64,000 bases of DNA from Camelus dromedarius. Taxonomy: Eukaryota. This document shows positions 36,033-49,400 of the stretch, one piece after another (the first letter of the stretch is position 1; every line of letters begins with the position of its first letter). The notes under the pieces are model-generated. The model had not been told where the DNA came from and ran no database searches. It worked only from the letters and a program-made list of their open reading frames with translations. The translations under genes and the position numbers were made by a program. The stretch lies in assembly GCF_036321535.1 (NCBI RefSeq), contig NC_087437.1, forward strand, positions 15,440,001 to 15,504,000, written 5' to 3'.

Positions 36033-39000
36033 TCTTGTCTACATTTCTTATTTCCACCTTCCTTAGGCAATTCTATGAAGTGTTTCTCCTCACACACCAC
36101 CTCTTGCAGCCCTTGGGCCAGGCACTGGGGACTCTGGCCCAGGCACTGGGGACCCAGCAATCTCAGGGCATCAACCACAGTAGGAAGTTTGGTGCAAGGC
36201 AGCGGAAAGGCAAGGAAACCGAGACACACAATATAGCCGGGAACCATTCCCCTTGGTGCTGGCTGCTGCCTGCGCTCTGGAGCCTTGCCCTTTCAGGGCT
36301 GGGAGCTTCTCCTGGGCAGAGCTGTCAATTTAGAAATGAAGAGGTTCTCTGAAAATACCTCAATTATCAAGGCTCAAGCCTCTTGCTCCCAAATTTATTT
36401 GTAACAATGCAGCTTAGCATCATTAATTTATCTTATTCACCAAAGACTTAAAAAGCAATTCCAAAATATAGAGCAAAGACAAGGGAAAAAAGAAAAAAAA
36501 TTTAATAAAAAGAGACAAAGAAAGAATATTTAAGAAGTCTAACGTTTTTTCACATATAATGCGTTCTCTGTCCCCTGCGCTCTCCCCCTTCGTTATGAAT
36601 CGCTCCAGGTGCGAGGTGCTTGTCTGTCCTGCTGAGAGTTCGAGGTCCGGAATGTGCTTGACTAGCTCTGCTCAGGGTTTCAGAGGGACAGCTTACCTCT
36701 TTGGGGAGAGAAGAGCCTAAAACAACCTTCCCTCTGTGGCAAAGCCCCCCTTTCACCCTCTTCTTCCTTCTAGAACCCCCATCTCAATCCCCCTCTCTGG
36801 GAGGGGCAGGCAACTGCAATTCCCCTCTGAGCAGGGCCGGGTCCTGGTGCTGGAGGCCAGGCCAGGGTGAGGACACAGAGGCCGCCTCTCAGGGAATTCT
36901 CAGGTAGAACTTGGAATCAGAGGCCCTACTTTCAGGTCCAGCTCAGCCTTTTACCACCAGTATGAGGCCAGCCTCAGTTTCCTCATTTGTGAAATGAGAG
37001 GGTGGGCAGAGATCAGCATGCACGCAGATGTTATCCAAGTACAGCAGCCCCTCGGGATGCTCTGGGGGCAGGAAGCTCGTGAGCCACTCCTGGCTTCAGG
37101 AGCACCCTGGGAAGGCCTGCATTGCACCCAGCCCGCAGCCCACCCTGGTAGGACACGGAGCCCTTTCCTGCCAGGTGCCTGCAGGTAGCCTTCTGGGAAG
37201 TGCCAGCTGGGGGTTTCTATATGCCTTTTCCAGTCAGAGAGCCCAGGGCTCAAGAACACCGTGGCAGGGATGTGAGGCTCTGAGCATCCTCCCTGACATG
37301 TGGCCTGTGGTCACAGCCCAACTCCACGGAGCTGGTCCAGCTGCTGGGGGCCTGTCTGCAGGCCGGGGGTTGAATGGGCAGGCCTGCCCGGGTGCACAGC
37401 CACTGCCGGTCCGGCCACAGCTGGGAGCAAGCGGGGCTTCACCGCCAGTGCCTCAGACGGGCTGCCTCATCCTGCCCTTCCTCACACCGTCCCCCAGCTT
37501 TTCCAACATTCCCCGGGGCAAGGGACATCACTGCGACCATACTGTGGCAGGGCAGGGTGGCTTTGCCTGGCGGGGCCCCCGTCAGGGTCACCAGCGGGGA
37601 CAAGGCCCGGCTTCTAGAAGTGGAAAAGGAACAGGACCGTCAGAGCAGGCAGTTAATTTGGTTCCTTCCCCTCTCTTGCTGCTTCCTCACCAGGCTATAC
37701 TCACCTCCTTCCAGAAAGAGGTGACAAGTGAACCCATCGTTGGTGCAGGAGAGAAAGGACAATGCATAAAGCCCCCTGGTGACTGAGACCGTGGTGGTGA
37801 AGGTCAGCCACGGGGAGACGGAGACCTCAGTGGGTGCGGGGCTGGCCGGGGGCCCAGCTGGCACAGACGCAGGAGCCGGCGGGAGCTCTGGCTGGAGCAC
37901 AGGCTGAGTCATCGTAGGCCAGCATCGTCACCCCGTGAGTGATGAGCACCTTGAGGGAGTTCAACGTCACTGACGTGTCTGGAAGGTGAGTCAGGGACCC
38001 ACAGGACAGAGGTCTCCACCTTCCTGGGAATGGCTGCTTCTACTGCCTTGTCCTGATAAGTTTCCTCCCCCAAGTGACCGCAGAGGAATGAATAGTTTTG
38101 CAAATGACGTTTCGACAGGAAAGTGAGCTAGTGTGCATCAGGGCCCCGAAGGGCAGAACCTGTGGGGCTTCAGAGGCTGATAACTTTCCTCTACTTCCTG
38201 CCCGCCCTCCCTCCCTCCTTCCATCATGGCCACACTCATCTTTCAAATATTTACTATAAACAGCTACCGCTGGGGACAGAGATGAGCGAGACACAGATGG
38301 TCCCTGCTGTCACACACCTGTGGTCTAGGGTGGGAGAAGGGCACCAGACAATCACAGGTGACCGCCTGCAGTCAGGACCTAGTCCGGGGGTCCTGCATGC
38401 CTCTGACAGAGGTCTCGGCAGGACCTGAGGGGCCAGGGACGACTTCCTTGAGGACAAGACACTGAGGATGAGGCAGAAAGGATGGAAAGTTCACAGGGAA
38501 GAGTATCCCAAGCAGAGGGGACACAGAAGTGGAGGCTTTGAGAAACAGTGTGGCCTGAGAGAGGGCGTGAAGGGGAAGGGCAGGAGTCAGGTCAGGCAGG
38601 GCCTGGGGTGGGGTATGCGGTGGGGTGGGGGCTGTGCTGAGAATCAGAATTTATCTTAGGAGTCATTCTCAGGCATGGGAGTGGGGAGGAATGGGTCCCT
38701 GGTGGCCCCACATGGCAGTTGTGGTATTCTGCTGGTGGAGGTTCCCCCAGCATCAGTCACACCTGTGTAAGGGTGAGAGCCCACGGTCAGGGAGAGGACC
38801 AGATATTCTGCTCCAGGAGGCTGGCTTCCAGGGATCTTCCAGATAACACCCATCATGGGTGATTGTGGGCAATGCCTCAGTCCCTCTTACTGTAAAATGG
38901 TTCTAATAAAACTCGGATCAGTGTGTCGAATTTCTAAGGATAAACAACAGCAGTGGCTGGAAGGGAGACTTGTGCTCTTTTAATGGATAGTCCAGGCCTA

Positions 39001-39134
39001 GACAGAGGCTGCTGACTGCCCCCCTCTAAACCAGAACACCCCAGGGTCACAGAACATAGCAGTCTCTTCATGGTGAGGTGGTACCATGCTCTAGGCACTG
39101 GAGAGATCCCAAAGAAAATCAAGTAGTTCACAGA

Positions 39135-39330
39135 TACTTTGATGTAGTGGAAGGAGTCCAGGCTTTGGGGCCAGAAAGACTTGGACTTGCATTCTGGATC
39201 TGCCACAATTTGTGTGACCTTGAGCAGGTAACTTAAACTATCTGAGAAGCACATTTTCATCTGTGACTAGGGGACAGTTGCAAAATGCTTATCCAGTTGT
39301 TTCAAGGGTTACATATGGTGTCTGTAAGTA
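39135..39330 (+). mobile_element. MIR SINE
   Basis: gtagtggaaggagtccaggctttgggg...tgtgtgaccttgagcaggtaacttaaac...ttttcatctgt. Confidence 0.8.
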
Positions 39331-40784
39331 GCAAAGGCAGGGAAATGCTCCAGCCATCTGAGAGAGACGGCTTCTCACCTGCGCTCTGAGGAAAGAGAAT
39401 CCCCGAAGGCGATCAGTGCCCTGCAACAGTCCTTTATCAGTCGACCATCACTTCCAGAAAGTCCTGCCTATGTCTCTGCATGGCAGCTGGAGCCCATCTC
39501 CCCTGTTCTCTCCTAGATCGAGCCTGGCAGCATCTGGGCATCATCACCAGAGAGAGGGGCCTGGGCCCCAGGCCACTTGCAGGACCTCTCCCCTTAGCTG
39601 CCGCTACAGAGCTCATGGGACACAGGATTCTGTTCCCGCTGAAAACGCAGGTGGGCTACCTGGATTAAATCTTGTGCACACAGGCTCAGGCACCCCTTCC
39701 TCTGTCTTTGGGCCACACACTGACACCTATCACTGCAGGCTCTAAACCTTCCCAGGACCAGGGCAGGAGAGACCGACTTTGAGGTGAGCAAGGGGCCAGG
39801 ATGAGGATATGGGGTTTCTGGGGCTGTAACACACGCACACATACACACAAACATGGACACACATGATTATGTAACACACACAAGGAGAGATATGTAAGGG
39901 GACCCAAAACTGAGAGACCTGCAGACACCTGAGTCCATGATAATGTTATTTAACTTTTCCATATCTCAGATCTCCTGTCTGCGAACAGAGATGATAGTAT
40001 AAGGGTAATGTGGTGAGCGTTACACAGTAAGGTACATGGAACATTGCCTGGCTGAGACTGGGCTCAGCGTTTGTTAGTTATGACTTATGAGAGCTGGAAA
40101 ACCCTCAGAGGGCTCAGACATCCCAGGGAACACCGATACCCCAGGCCCTCAGGGTCAGATCACAGGCACACACATAACCCCAGATCTTAGCACAGACACA
40201 GGTGCAGGTGCCCAGCTGAGAGAAGCCCGCTGGTGGCCACTGCGGTCAGGCTCACACGGCTTGACCTCGGCCCAGTTAGACCTGGTCTGTTTCGGCCAGA
40301 CTGCAGGAGAGAAAATGAAATTGTACAATAAATTCAAGTGAGCAGAATTTTGAGATGGAGTGTGGAGAGAGGGCAGGGAGATGAGGAGGGTGTGCGGAGA
40401 GCCCAGGGCTGGGTCTGAGAGGTCAAGGCCTCCTTCAGGAGGTCAGATAGTCTGCCTGAAGCTGCCTAGGGGCTGGGCCTGCAATGTAGCCCCCATTCCA
40501 TCCTCAGACTCTCCAGTGGAAGGTGTATTGCTAGCAGTGCCTGGCGCGACAGGTGTTTGGAGATGATCTGAGAAAGGCGTCTGTGTTCTGATCTGAGTTA
40601 ATGCAGTGCCGGCCATGCTCAGAGGCAGGGGACGAGTGGAGTTCAGTGGGAGCAGGACATTAGAGCAAGCTGACCAGGAGAAAGGGAAGAGGCCTGAGGT
40701 CACTTGAGAACGCGGACCGGGGCCCTGACAGTGGCTGGACGACCTTCCAGGTGGCCCACTTATGAATTATAAACAGAGCAAAAA

Positions 40785-40900
40785 TGTAAGCCCACGAATA
40801 TATGTATGTAAATGCACGACTGGGGCACTGTGCTATACACCAGAAACTGACACATTGTAACTGACTACACTTCAAAAAAATGAAATAAAATAAAATAAAA
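40785..40900 (+). mobile_element. Young 5'-truncated L1 3' end
   Basis: tgctatacaccagaaactgacacattgtaactgactacacttcaaaaaaa plus (taaaa)n tail; flanked by aaatgt repeats. Confidence 0.8.
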
Positions 40901-43769
40901 GAAATGTGATCCCCTTTGTCTACCTCTCTCTACAGCAATATCCCCACCTGCTACGGGAGGCGGGGGGGAGGGTGTGGGAATTCTGTGGGTTTAGTAGGAG
41001 GAAGCTCTGTGACAAGCGAGTGTGGGCAGAGGAGACTTGCACGCAGTGTGGGTTAGAGTGTGAGGGCGTCCTCTAGGAACTTTCTCTCAATTCATTAAGA
41101 GCTGTCCGTGATCCCGCACTGATTGTATTTAAGAGGAGTCTGTGAGTGGCCCTGGGATAATTAGTCCCTATCGGCTTTCTCTCAAGGATGACGCTCCCCA
41201 CCCCTATAATCTGTGATTAACACGCACTGGCTCTGGACGTCAGAAGGGATTAAAGGAGGGGGTGAAGCGGTTTTGAAGAAAAGGTGGCCATCTGGATGGT
41301 GCAGGTGCAAGGGCTGGGCTGGAAGGTGGCATATGGTTTGGTTTCCCGAAGACAAATTAGGGACCACAGAAGATGACAGACAGGCAGGTGCTGGGTCATT
41401 GTGAAAGGGTTTTGCCCAGGTGAAACAAAGATTTTTTCTTCCATGTAAGTTTGGGCAAAGCACAAGGATTTCATCACTGTTTATTAACTGCCTTGCAAAC
41501 TTTGCCCACAAATGAAAGAGGAATCTCTTTATGGCAAATTAATTTGGGAAGTAACTCAAGCAATAAAAAGAAAAGAAAGGAAAAGCCAGGCAGAACTAAC
41601 ATCCTATTTATCCACAATTCCAAAAGGGAAAATAGCTCTGAAAACTAAATGTTTTCTAAAAACCCATTTGGCAGCCCAGGATGACCTGAACTGACCTGAA
41701 GCTCTTTGCCATCTTTACCCCACATAGTACGAATGTTTGGTGCATAAATACTAACATGTTTGACTACTGAGTCCTGCCCCACACCCCGCTGGGGTTTGAC
41801 ACAATACAGGTAATATGCACTATTTAACTTCTTAAAATCCAAAAAGTTCTGGATTCTGAAACACATCTGGCCCCCAAGGTACGTGCATGGGTACCCCTTA
41901 CCTCCAGGGACAGCTGAGAATGCCAGGTGGGCTGCCTGGAGGTGGGTCTCAGCGTGGGATGTTCAGTTGTAAGAGGGTGGGAGAGACGCCAAGGAAAGGC
42001 TACAGCTCTTTGTATGGGTACCCTTGGGGAGGGGTATCCTTGGGGAGGGGGCAATGGGGGCTACATTGGGTTTGGAGAGCAGAGGGATGCTACATGCCAG
42101 GCTGGTTCTACTGACTCGAGGGTGTGAAATTTAAAAAGAAGGAGAGAAGCCCTTCGGAAAGTCATCCTCCTGGCTGAAATGAGAATCCACTCAGAAATAG
42201 TACAGATAATTAAAATATGTTTGATGGCAGCTTTCTTTTTAACAGACTCATTCAACAAGGTCCACCTACCAAGCCACTCCCATTCCTTTTATACCACATT
42301 TCAGACATCTGGGATGTGATTTTGATGTTCCCTGACTTGCCTTTTTTGTCTCCATCACGCGGGTCCCAGTCCTGTGGCCCACAGTGTCCCTTCCTGGGCA
42401 GTGAGGAGGAAGGCGGAGGTGGGAGGGAGTAGGGCCAGGGGATCATAAATAGATTCCACCTTCCCGTTCTCACTGAGGCGTCCTGAGATTTCCCAAACAG
42501 CTGCAGCAGCAGCAGCCGGGGCCACAGAAGTGTGGGTGTCACCAAGGACACAGCCTCAGGTAAAAGGGTGACTGCGAGGGAGGGAAAATCAAGGGGTCCT
42601 GTGGGCTGGGAGCTCCAGAGCAGCCTGATGAGAAAGGCTAAACAAGTAATAAACACCCACAGAGCGCTCATCATAAAGGAGAAAACTTACCAATTTCTTG
42701 GACAAATTTTTTAAAAATACAGCGCAACTCAAAAAAAAAATAGCCTGTGTGGCATTTCTACAGAGAACCCCGTGACTTGCATCTTTAACAGTGGTTTTAC
42801 CATTGACACAGAGGTAAATTTTTAATGAGTTTTTGGTTGATGCTACCTATAATGGAAGACTTCAAGTGGGGCTCCAGGCCAGTGATTCTTTGGGGCCACC
42901 ATGAGCACACATTACAAGCACTCCTGTTACAAAGTGTGGGGGACAGGCTGTGCCAGGTCTCCTGCTCAGAGCGCACAGAGATGCTGGTGGTCAGGGCTTA
43001 CTGGGCAGGAGAGGCTGAGGCTCTGGGTGGGGAACCTGGAGTCCTCTTTACAGACTGAAGGACTTCCAAAAGGAGGAGGAATCAGGGAGCCGGAATCAAC
43101 GGGAGGAGTGTCCATGGTCACTTCCCATCTGGCTCCATCGAGGGAAGAATGCTTCTGAAATGACAGAATCATGGGAGGTGTTTAAGCAAAGACTGGCAAC
43201 TCCTTGACATGTAGACATGCTGCCAAGGTAATTCGTATCAGGTAGGGGATTAAAATATACAAGTTATTCTCATCAGGAAAGACGGGAGAGATGGTTTCCA
43301 AATCCCTGGGTGGAGGGGGGCAGCAAATTACATTTATCGTGGGAGGCACTGATCTGCCCCTCCCCAAATCTCACATCCCAAGTCGCTGAAGCCGAGGGGT
43401 AGGCATCGCGTTCCTCACGCTGCTGGGAAGGGTGGGCTGAGGACCTCTGGTCTGGTGCTCTCACCTGGGGTACTCGGAGCAACAAATACCTGAGTAGTAA
43501 CTAATGGACAAATACTGAGTAGGATCTTCCCAGCAGTATTGCAGGAAGGGAAGCTGAGCTCGTGTTTGACTTTCCAGGGGTTGCCTGTTATTCTCCATGT
43601 AAACAGAACCCCCAAACTCCACTGCATCCACTGGCCTGGCTAGGGGCTGCTTCTGGTTTGTAGGTGATTGAATAAAAAAGACTGAGGTGTTGACAAGTAT
43701 TTAAAAGCTGGAGAAATGTGGAACTATCTGATTTACGTCTATCTCCCACTGCCTGTCCCCACGCCAAGA

Positions 43770-43965
43770 GCTAGCCAGCAGAACTCTCCGCGATGGCAGA
43801 AATGTCCCCTGCTGTCCAATATGACCGGCACTCGCCACAGGTGGCTACTGAGCACTTGCAATGTGGCTAGTGTGAACGAGGGGCTAAAGTTTTAGTCTCA
43901 TTTAATTTTCATTGATGTAGTTTCAGTAGCCACTTACAGCTAAAGTCTACTGTATCAGACAGCAC
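43770..43965. mobile_element. MER3-like hAT-Charlie MITE
   Basis: gctgtccaatatg...gccacaggtggctactgagcacttgcaatgtggctagtgtga matches MER3. Confidence 0.8.
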
Positions 43966-43984
43966 GCAGGTAGGTACTAGGCTA

Positions 43985-44285
43985 CAATCAGCCCTCCTTA
44001 CCTGCGGGTTCTGAGTCTGTAGAGTCAGCCAAATTCGTAACGAAAAAATTCAGAAAAAAATTCCATAAGTTTCCAAAAAGCAAAGTTTGAATTTGCAACT
44101 ATTTACATAGCATTTACATTGTATTAGTCATCTACATTGTGTAAGTAATCTAGACATGGTTTAAAGGACATGAGGATGTTTGTAGCTTATGTGCAAATAC
44201 TATGCCATTTTATATAAAGACTTGAGCATCCTCAGATTTTGGTATCCCAGGATACCAGTCCCCCACGGATACCAAGGGGCAACTG
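43985..44285. mobile_element. MER2 (TcMar-Tigger) MITE
   Basis: TA|caatcagccctcc...ggataccaaggggcaactg|TA, with internal caactatttacatagcatttacattgtattag. Confidence 0.88.
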
Positions 44286-44649
44286 TATTTAATCTTTGAG
44301 AGCAGAATTTGTGTTTGAAAAAATCTTTGTTATCTCCAACTCTTTGGATAATGCCAATAAATAGATATTGGATAGTGAATACAAAGGAGGATGTTCTGGG
44401 AGGCTTCTGGAGAGGGCATGGGTGAAATCTCTGGACAGCTAAAGGACTGTCTTTAGTCGATTAATGTAGAAAGCAAGTCACTGGAAGTTGTTGGCTGGTT
44501 TGTTTGCAGTTTTGTTTTCCTCATTGGTTTTGGGAATTTCTGCCATTTAAACTCTAGTTCGACGCATGTTGACAAATGTACACAAATGTGTAACCACCAC
44601 CAAAATCAAGATATAGAGCATTTCATCCCCACAAAAGTGCCCTCGTACC

Positions 44650-44825
44650 CAGGGTTGGTTTCATGGATGGGTGATCGGTGCTCTCATGCAGGCTCATGCT
44701 GAGAAGGGCTCAGCCCTCAGTTTAAAGCTCTGCTGCCAATGCCTTGAAATTCTCAATAATTTTTGAACAAAGGGGTCCATGTTCTTATTTTGCACTGGGC
44801 CCCACAGATTATGTAGCCAGTACTG
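44650..44825 (+). mobile_element. MER91A-like hAT-Tip100 MITE
   Basis: cagggttggtttcatgg...ttgaaattctcaataatttttgaacaaagggg...ttttgcactgggccccacagattatgtagccagtactg. Confidence 0.85.
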
Positions 44826-44890
44826 TTAGTCCCCCTTTGCAGGGATGCCCTCCAGCCACCCCAACCTCAGGCAACCACTGATCTGCCTTT

Positions 44891-45063
44891 TTTTTTTCTT
44901 TCCAATTTTATTGAGATATAATTGACATACAGCACCGTATATATTTTAGGTGGGGGCAGCTAATCAGGTTTTACTTATTTATTTATATGGAGGTGCTGGG
45001 GATTGAACCCAGCTAGGCACGTACTCTATCCCTAAGCTGTATCTGTCCTCCCTGTATCTCCTG
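44891..45063 (-). mobile_element. Vic-1-type SINE joined to an L1 3' terminus (composite insertion)
   Basis: SINE body at ~44950-45055, L1 tail at 44891-44950; one flanking duplication ccact(g/t)atctgc(c/t)ttt at 44875-44890 and 45064-45079. Confidence 0.75.
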
Positions 45064-45616
45064 CCACTTATCTGCTTTTGTCGCTATTGTCACTAGAGGT
45101 CAAATTTGTCTTCTTTAGAGTTTCATATAAATGGACTGATAAAGTATGCACTTCTCTGTCTGATTTCTTTTACTTGGAACAATGCTCTTGAGGTTCATCC
45201 TTTTTTTGTGGTTAGCAATAGTTTGTTTCTTTTTTATTATTGACTAGTATCCCATTGTGTGGCTACATCACAATGAGTCTTTCTAGTCATTTGTTGATGG
45301 ACATTTAGGTTGCTTATAGTGTTTGTATAGTACAAATAAAGTCTTTGTTTCTCTTGAGCAGATGCCTGGGGATGGATTGCCGAGTTGTAGGATAAGTGTA
45401 CGGCTAACTTTTTGGAAACTGCCGAACTGTTTTCCATTTACCATGCTTACCAACAATGTGTGAGAGTTCTAAATGCCCCACATTTTTTCCAGCACTTTGT
45501 ATTGTACCTGCTTTTAATTTTAGCCATTCTAATGGATAGGCTGTATCTCTTATTATGATTTTACTTTGCATTTACTTGGTAGTTAAATGACATTGAGCAT
45601 CATTTCATGTGCTTTT

Positions 45617-46422
45617 TTTTTTAATTTAAGAGTTTTTTAAATTGAAGTTTACTCAGTTTACAATGTATCCATTTCTGGTGCACAGCATAATGTTTCACTC
45701 ACATATGAACACACACATATTCCTTTTCATCGTTAAATTACTACAAAATATTGAATATAGTTCCCTGTGCTATACAGAAGAAACTTGTTGCTTATCTATT
45801 TTATATATAGTAGTTAGTATCTGCAAATCTCGAACTCCCAATTTATCCTTTTTCAAACTCTTTTCCTTTGGGTAGCCATAAGTTTATTTCCTATGTCTGG
45901 GAGTCTGTTTCTGTTTTGTAAATAAGTTCATTTGTATTTTTTTCCCCTAGATTCCACATAAGAGTGGTAAAATCATACAGTATTTTTCTTTCTCTTTCTG
46001 GCTTACTTCACTTAGTATGACAATCTCTGGGTCCACCAATGTTGCTGCAAATGGCATTATTTTATTCTTTTTTTATGGCTGAGTAGTAGCCATTGCATAA
46101 ATACACCACAACTTCTTTATCAGTCATCTGTCGATGGACATTTAGGTCATTTCCATGTCTTGGCTATTGTAAATAGCACTGCTGTGAACATTGGGCTGCA
46201 TGTGTCTTTTCGAATTATATTTTCCTCCAGATATACGCTCAGGAGTGGGACTGCTGGGTCATACTGTAAGTTTATTTTTAGTTTTTTGAGGCATCTCCAT
46301 ACTGTTTTCCATAATGACTATACAAAACTACATTCCCACCAGCAGTGTAGGAGCAATTCCTTTAGTCCACACCCCCTCTAGCATTTATCATTTGTGGACT
46401 TTTTAATGATGGCCATTCTGAC
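45617..46422 (-). mobile_element. Younger artiodactyl-type L1 3' end nested in the old L1
   Basis: aatatagttccctgtgctatac, tagattccacataagagtg, aggagtgggactgctgggtc; TSD tcatttc(a/c)tgtgctttt at 45600-45616 and 46423-46439. Confidence 0.88.
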
Positions 46423-49400
46423 TCATTTCCTGTGCTTTTGATTATCTGTATATTTCCTTTTGTAGTTTCTGTTCAAATCTTTTGCTCATATTTGTGCTTT
46501 TATTATTGAGTTCTTTATGTATTTTATATATACATCCTTTGTCAGATGTGTGTTTACTAATCAGAAACATTTTCTCCCATTCTGTGAGTTACCTTGTCAT
46601 TTTCTTAATAGTGCCTTTTGAAAGTAGAAGTATTTTTAACTTAATGAAGTCCAACTTAATAATCTTATCTTTTATGGTTTGTGTTTTTTGGTATCCTAAG
46701 AAATTTTGCCTATGCCAAGATTACAAAACTTGACTCCTACATTTTCTTTTAGAAGCTTTAGTTTATTCTTTATCTTTAGGTCTATGATGCATTTTAAGTA
46801 AATTTTTGTCTATGGTATGAGATAAGAGTAAAGGTTCTTAAGAAAAAGAAGATCTTTTCTAAAGAAAAATGTTCTTTTTCTTTTCCCCCACATACTACCT
46901 CCAGTTGTTGGAACAGCACCATTTTTCCAAAAGCTTCCCTTCTGCCATTGAATTTATGTTTGCACTTGTGTCAAAAAATAATGGCCACATATGTGTAGGT
47001 CCATTTCTGGATTCTCTGTTTTGTCCCATTGATTTATATGTCTATCCTTATGTTAATACCACATTGTCTTGATAATTATAGTACTTAGTCTTGAAATCAG
47101 GTAGGGAAGTATTTCAAATCTGTTGTTCATAAAAATTTTCTTAACTTTTCTAAGTCCTTTGTACTCCCTTATAAATTTTAGAATCAGCATGTCAACATCA
47201 CACTGACTCTATAGATCAATTTGGGCAGAACTGATTTTGTAACAATATTGGCTTTTCCAATTCATGTACAATTCTCCATTTATTTTGGTCATTAATTTTT
47301 CTTAGTAATGTTTTGCAGTTTGTAGTACAGAAGTCTTACACATTTTTTTTGTTAAATTTATCCCTAAATAGATAATACTTTTTCAATGATATTGTAAATG
47401 CTGTTTTTTCTAATTGCTCATTGCAACTATACTGAAATACATTCAATTTTTGTATATTGACTTTGCATTCTGTGCTCTAAAACTTATTACTTCTAGTAGC
47501 ATTTTTGTAGACTCGTGTTTTCTGTATACACAGTCATGTCATCTGATAATAAGGGCAGTTATATTTCTTTTAAAAATTTTACTAATTTTGTATTGTGATA
47601 AAATATATATAGCATAAAATTTACCATTTTAACCATTTTTAAGTGTACAGTTCTGTGGCATTAAGTGCATTCACATTTTTGTGCAACCATTACCACCATC
47701 CATCTCCAGAACTTTTTCATCTTCCTCAACTTAAACTCTATGCCCTTTAAACAATGTAGTTTTACTTCTCATTTTCCAATCTGTATGCCTTTTATTCTGT
47801 GTGCTTGCCTCTTATGCTGACTAAGACCTCTTGCACAAAGTTGGACAGAAATGGTGAGAGCAGACATTCTTGCCTAGTTCCTGATCTCAGGTAGAAAGCA
47901 TTCCATCTTTTACTATTAGGTATGAAGTTAGCTGTGGGTTTCTCATAGACTATGTTTACAAGTTGGGAAATTCCCAACTGTTCCTAAGCAGTTGAGTTTT
48001 TACTGTAAACAGATGTGGAATTTTGTCAAATGTTTTTATTTGCTTTTTTTCTTGGTTTTTTGTTTCCTAAGATGATCCTGTTGTTTTTATCTTTTATTCT
48101 GTTAATATGGTGAATTGTGCTGATTGATTTTCAAATGACAAATGATTGTTAACTCTGCTTTACTGGGATAAACCCTACTTGTGTATAATATATTATCCTT
48201 TTTAAATACTGCTAAACTCTAGGCTAATATTTTGTTAGATATTTTTGTGTTTGTATTCATGAGGGATATTGATGTGTAGCTTTCTTTTAGTATCTGTGCT
48301 TGATTTTAGTGATAAGGTAATGCTGCCTCCATAGACCAAGTTTGAAAATGTTCCCTCATCTCTTCTATTGAGAGTTTGTATAGTACTAGTATTTCTTTCT
48401 GAAATGTTTGAAAGAATCCATCAGTAATGCCATCTGCGACTGGAATTTTCTTTACAGGAAGATGTTTATTTACGAATTCAATTTATTTAATAGGCATATG
48501 ATTATCCAAACTTTTTATTTTTTCTTTTCTTGTTTTGGTAAATTATATTTTTCAAATAATTTGTCCATTTCATCTGAGTTGTCAGGTATTGGCATAGATT
48601 TGTTCATAATACTCCCTTTTATCTTTTCCACATCTGTAACATCTGCAATAACGTACCCTCTTTCATTCCTGGTATTAGTGATTGTGTCTTCTCTCTTTTC
48701 TTCTTGATCACTCTAGCTAACAGTTTATAAATTTTATTGATTTTTTAAAAAAACTAGAGGTTTAAAAAAATGATGCTCTTATTGTCCATTTTCATTGATT
48801 TTCACTCTTTCTACTTTCAATTTAATATGATCTTCATATTTTAGCTTCTCAAAGTGGAAATTTAAGTAACTGATTTTAGACCTTCTTTTCTAGTATAAAA
48901 ATATAAAGCTATTAATTTTTCTCTAAGTACTTCTTTGGCTGCACTGTGTAAATTTCGATATGTTGTGTATTCGTTTTCATCTACTTCAAAATATTTTCAT
49001 GATTTCTTCTTTGACCCATAGATTATTAAGAAGTTTGCTTTTTAATTTCTAAATATTGGGGGATTTTTTTCCCCTAGATATCTATTTGTTATTGATTTCT
49101 AATTTAATTCTGAGTAGGCAGAGAACATTTACTTCAATATTTTAATATTTATTGAGAATTGTTTTATGGCCCAGAATATGGTCTATCCTGGTGAATGCTC
49201 CTCTTACACATGAAAAGAATGTGTGTTCTGCTGTTTTTGGTGTAGTGTTCTATAAAAGTTAATGAAACCAAGTTGGTTGGTTACTGTTTAAATCTCCATA
49301 TACTAGCTAGTGTTCTGTCTGCTTGTTCTATAAATTAATAGAGAAGTGTTGAAATATCCAACTATAATTATGGATAAAATCTATTTCTCCTTTCAGTTCT

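Noticed and set aside
36114..36153. Short tandem duplications (ccaggcactggggac x2; also ~15040-15070 and ~54322-54342)
   Set aside because: Only two or three units, with no spacers or cas genes; ordinary slippage duplications, not a CRISPR-like array.
37028..37786. 252-aa ORF, the longest in the window
   Set aside because: Low-complexity, GC-driven composition with overlapping ORFs in other frames; no homology or exon structure that I can recognise.
47792..47977. Reverse-transcriptase-like ORF suggesting an active retroelement
   Set aside because: A short remnant of a heavily decayed L1 ORF2 surrounded by stops and frameshifts.
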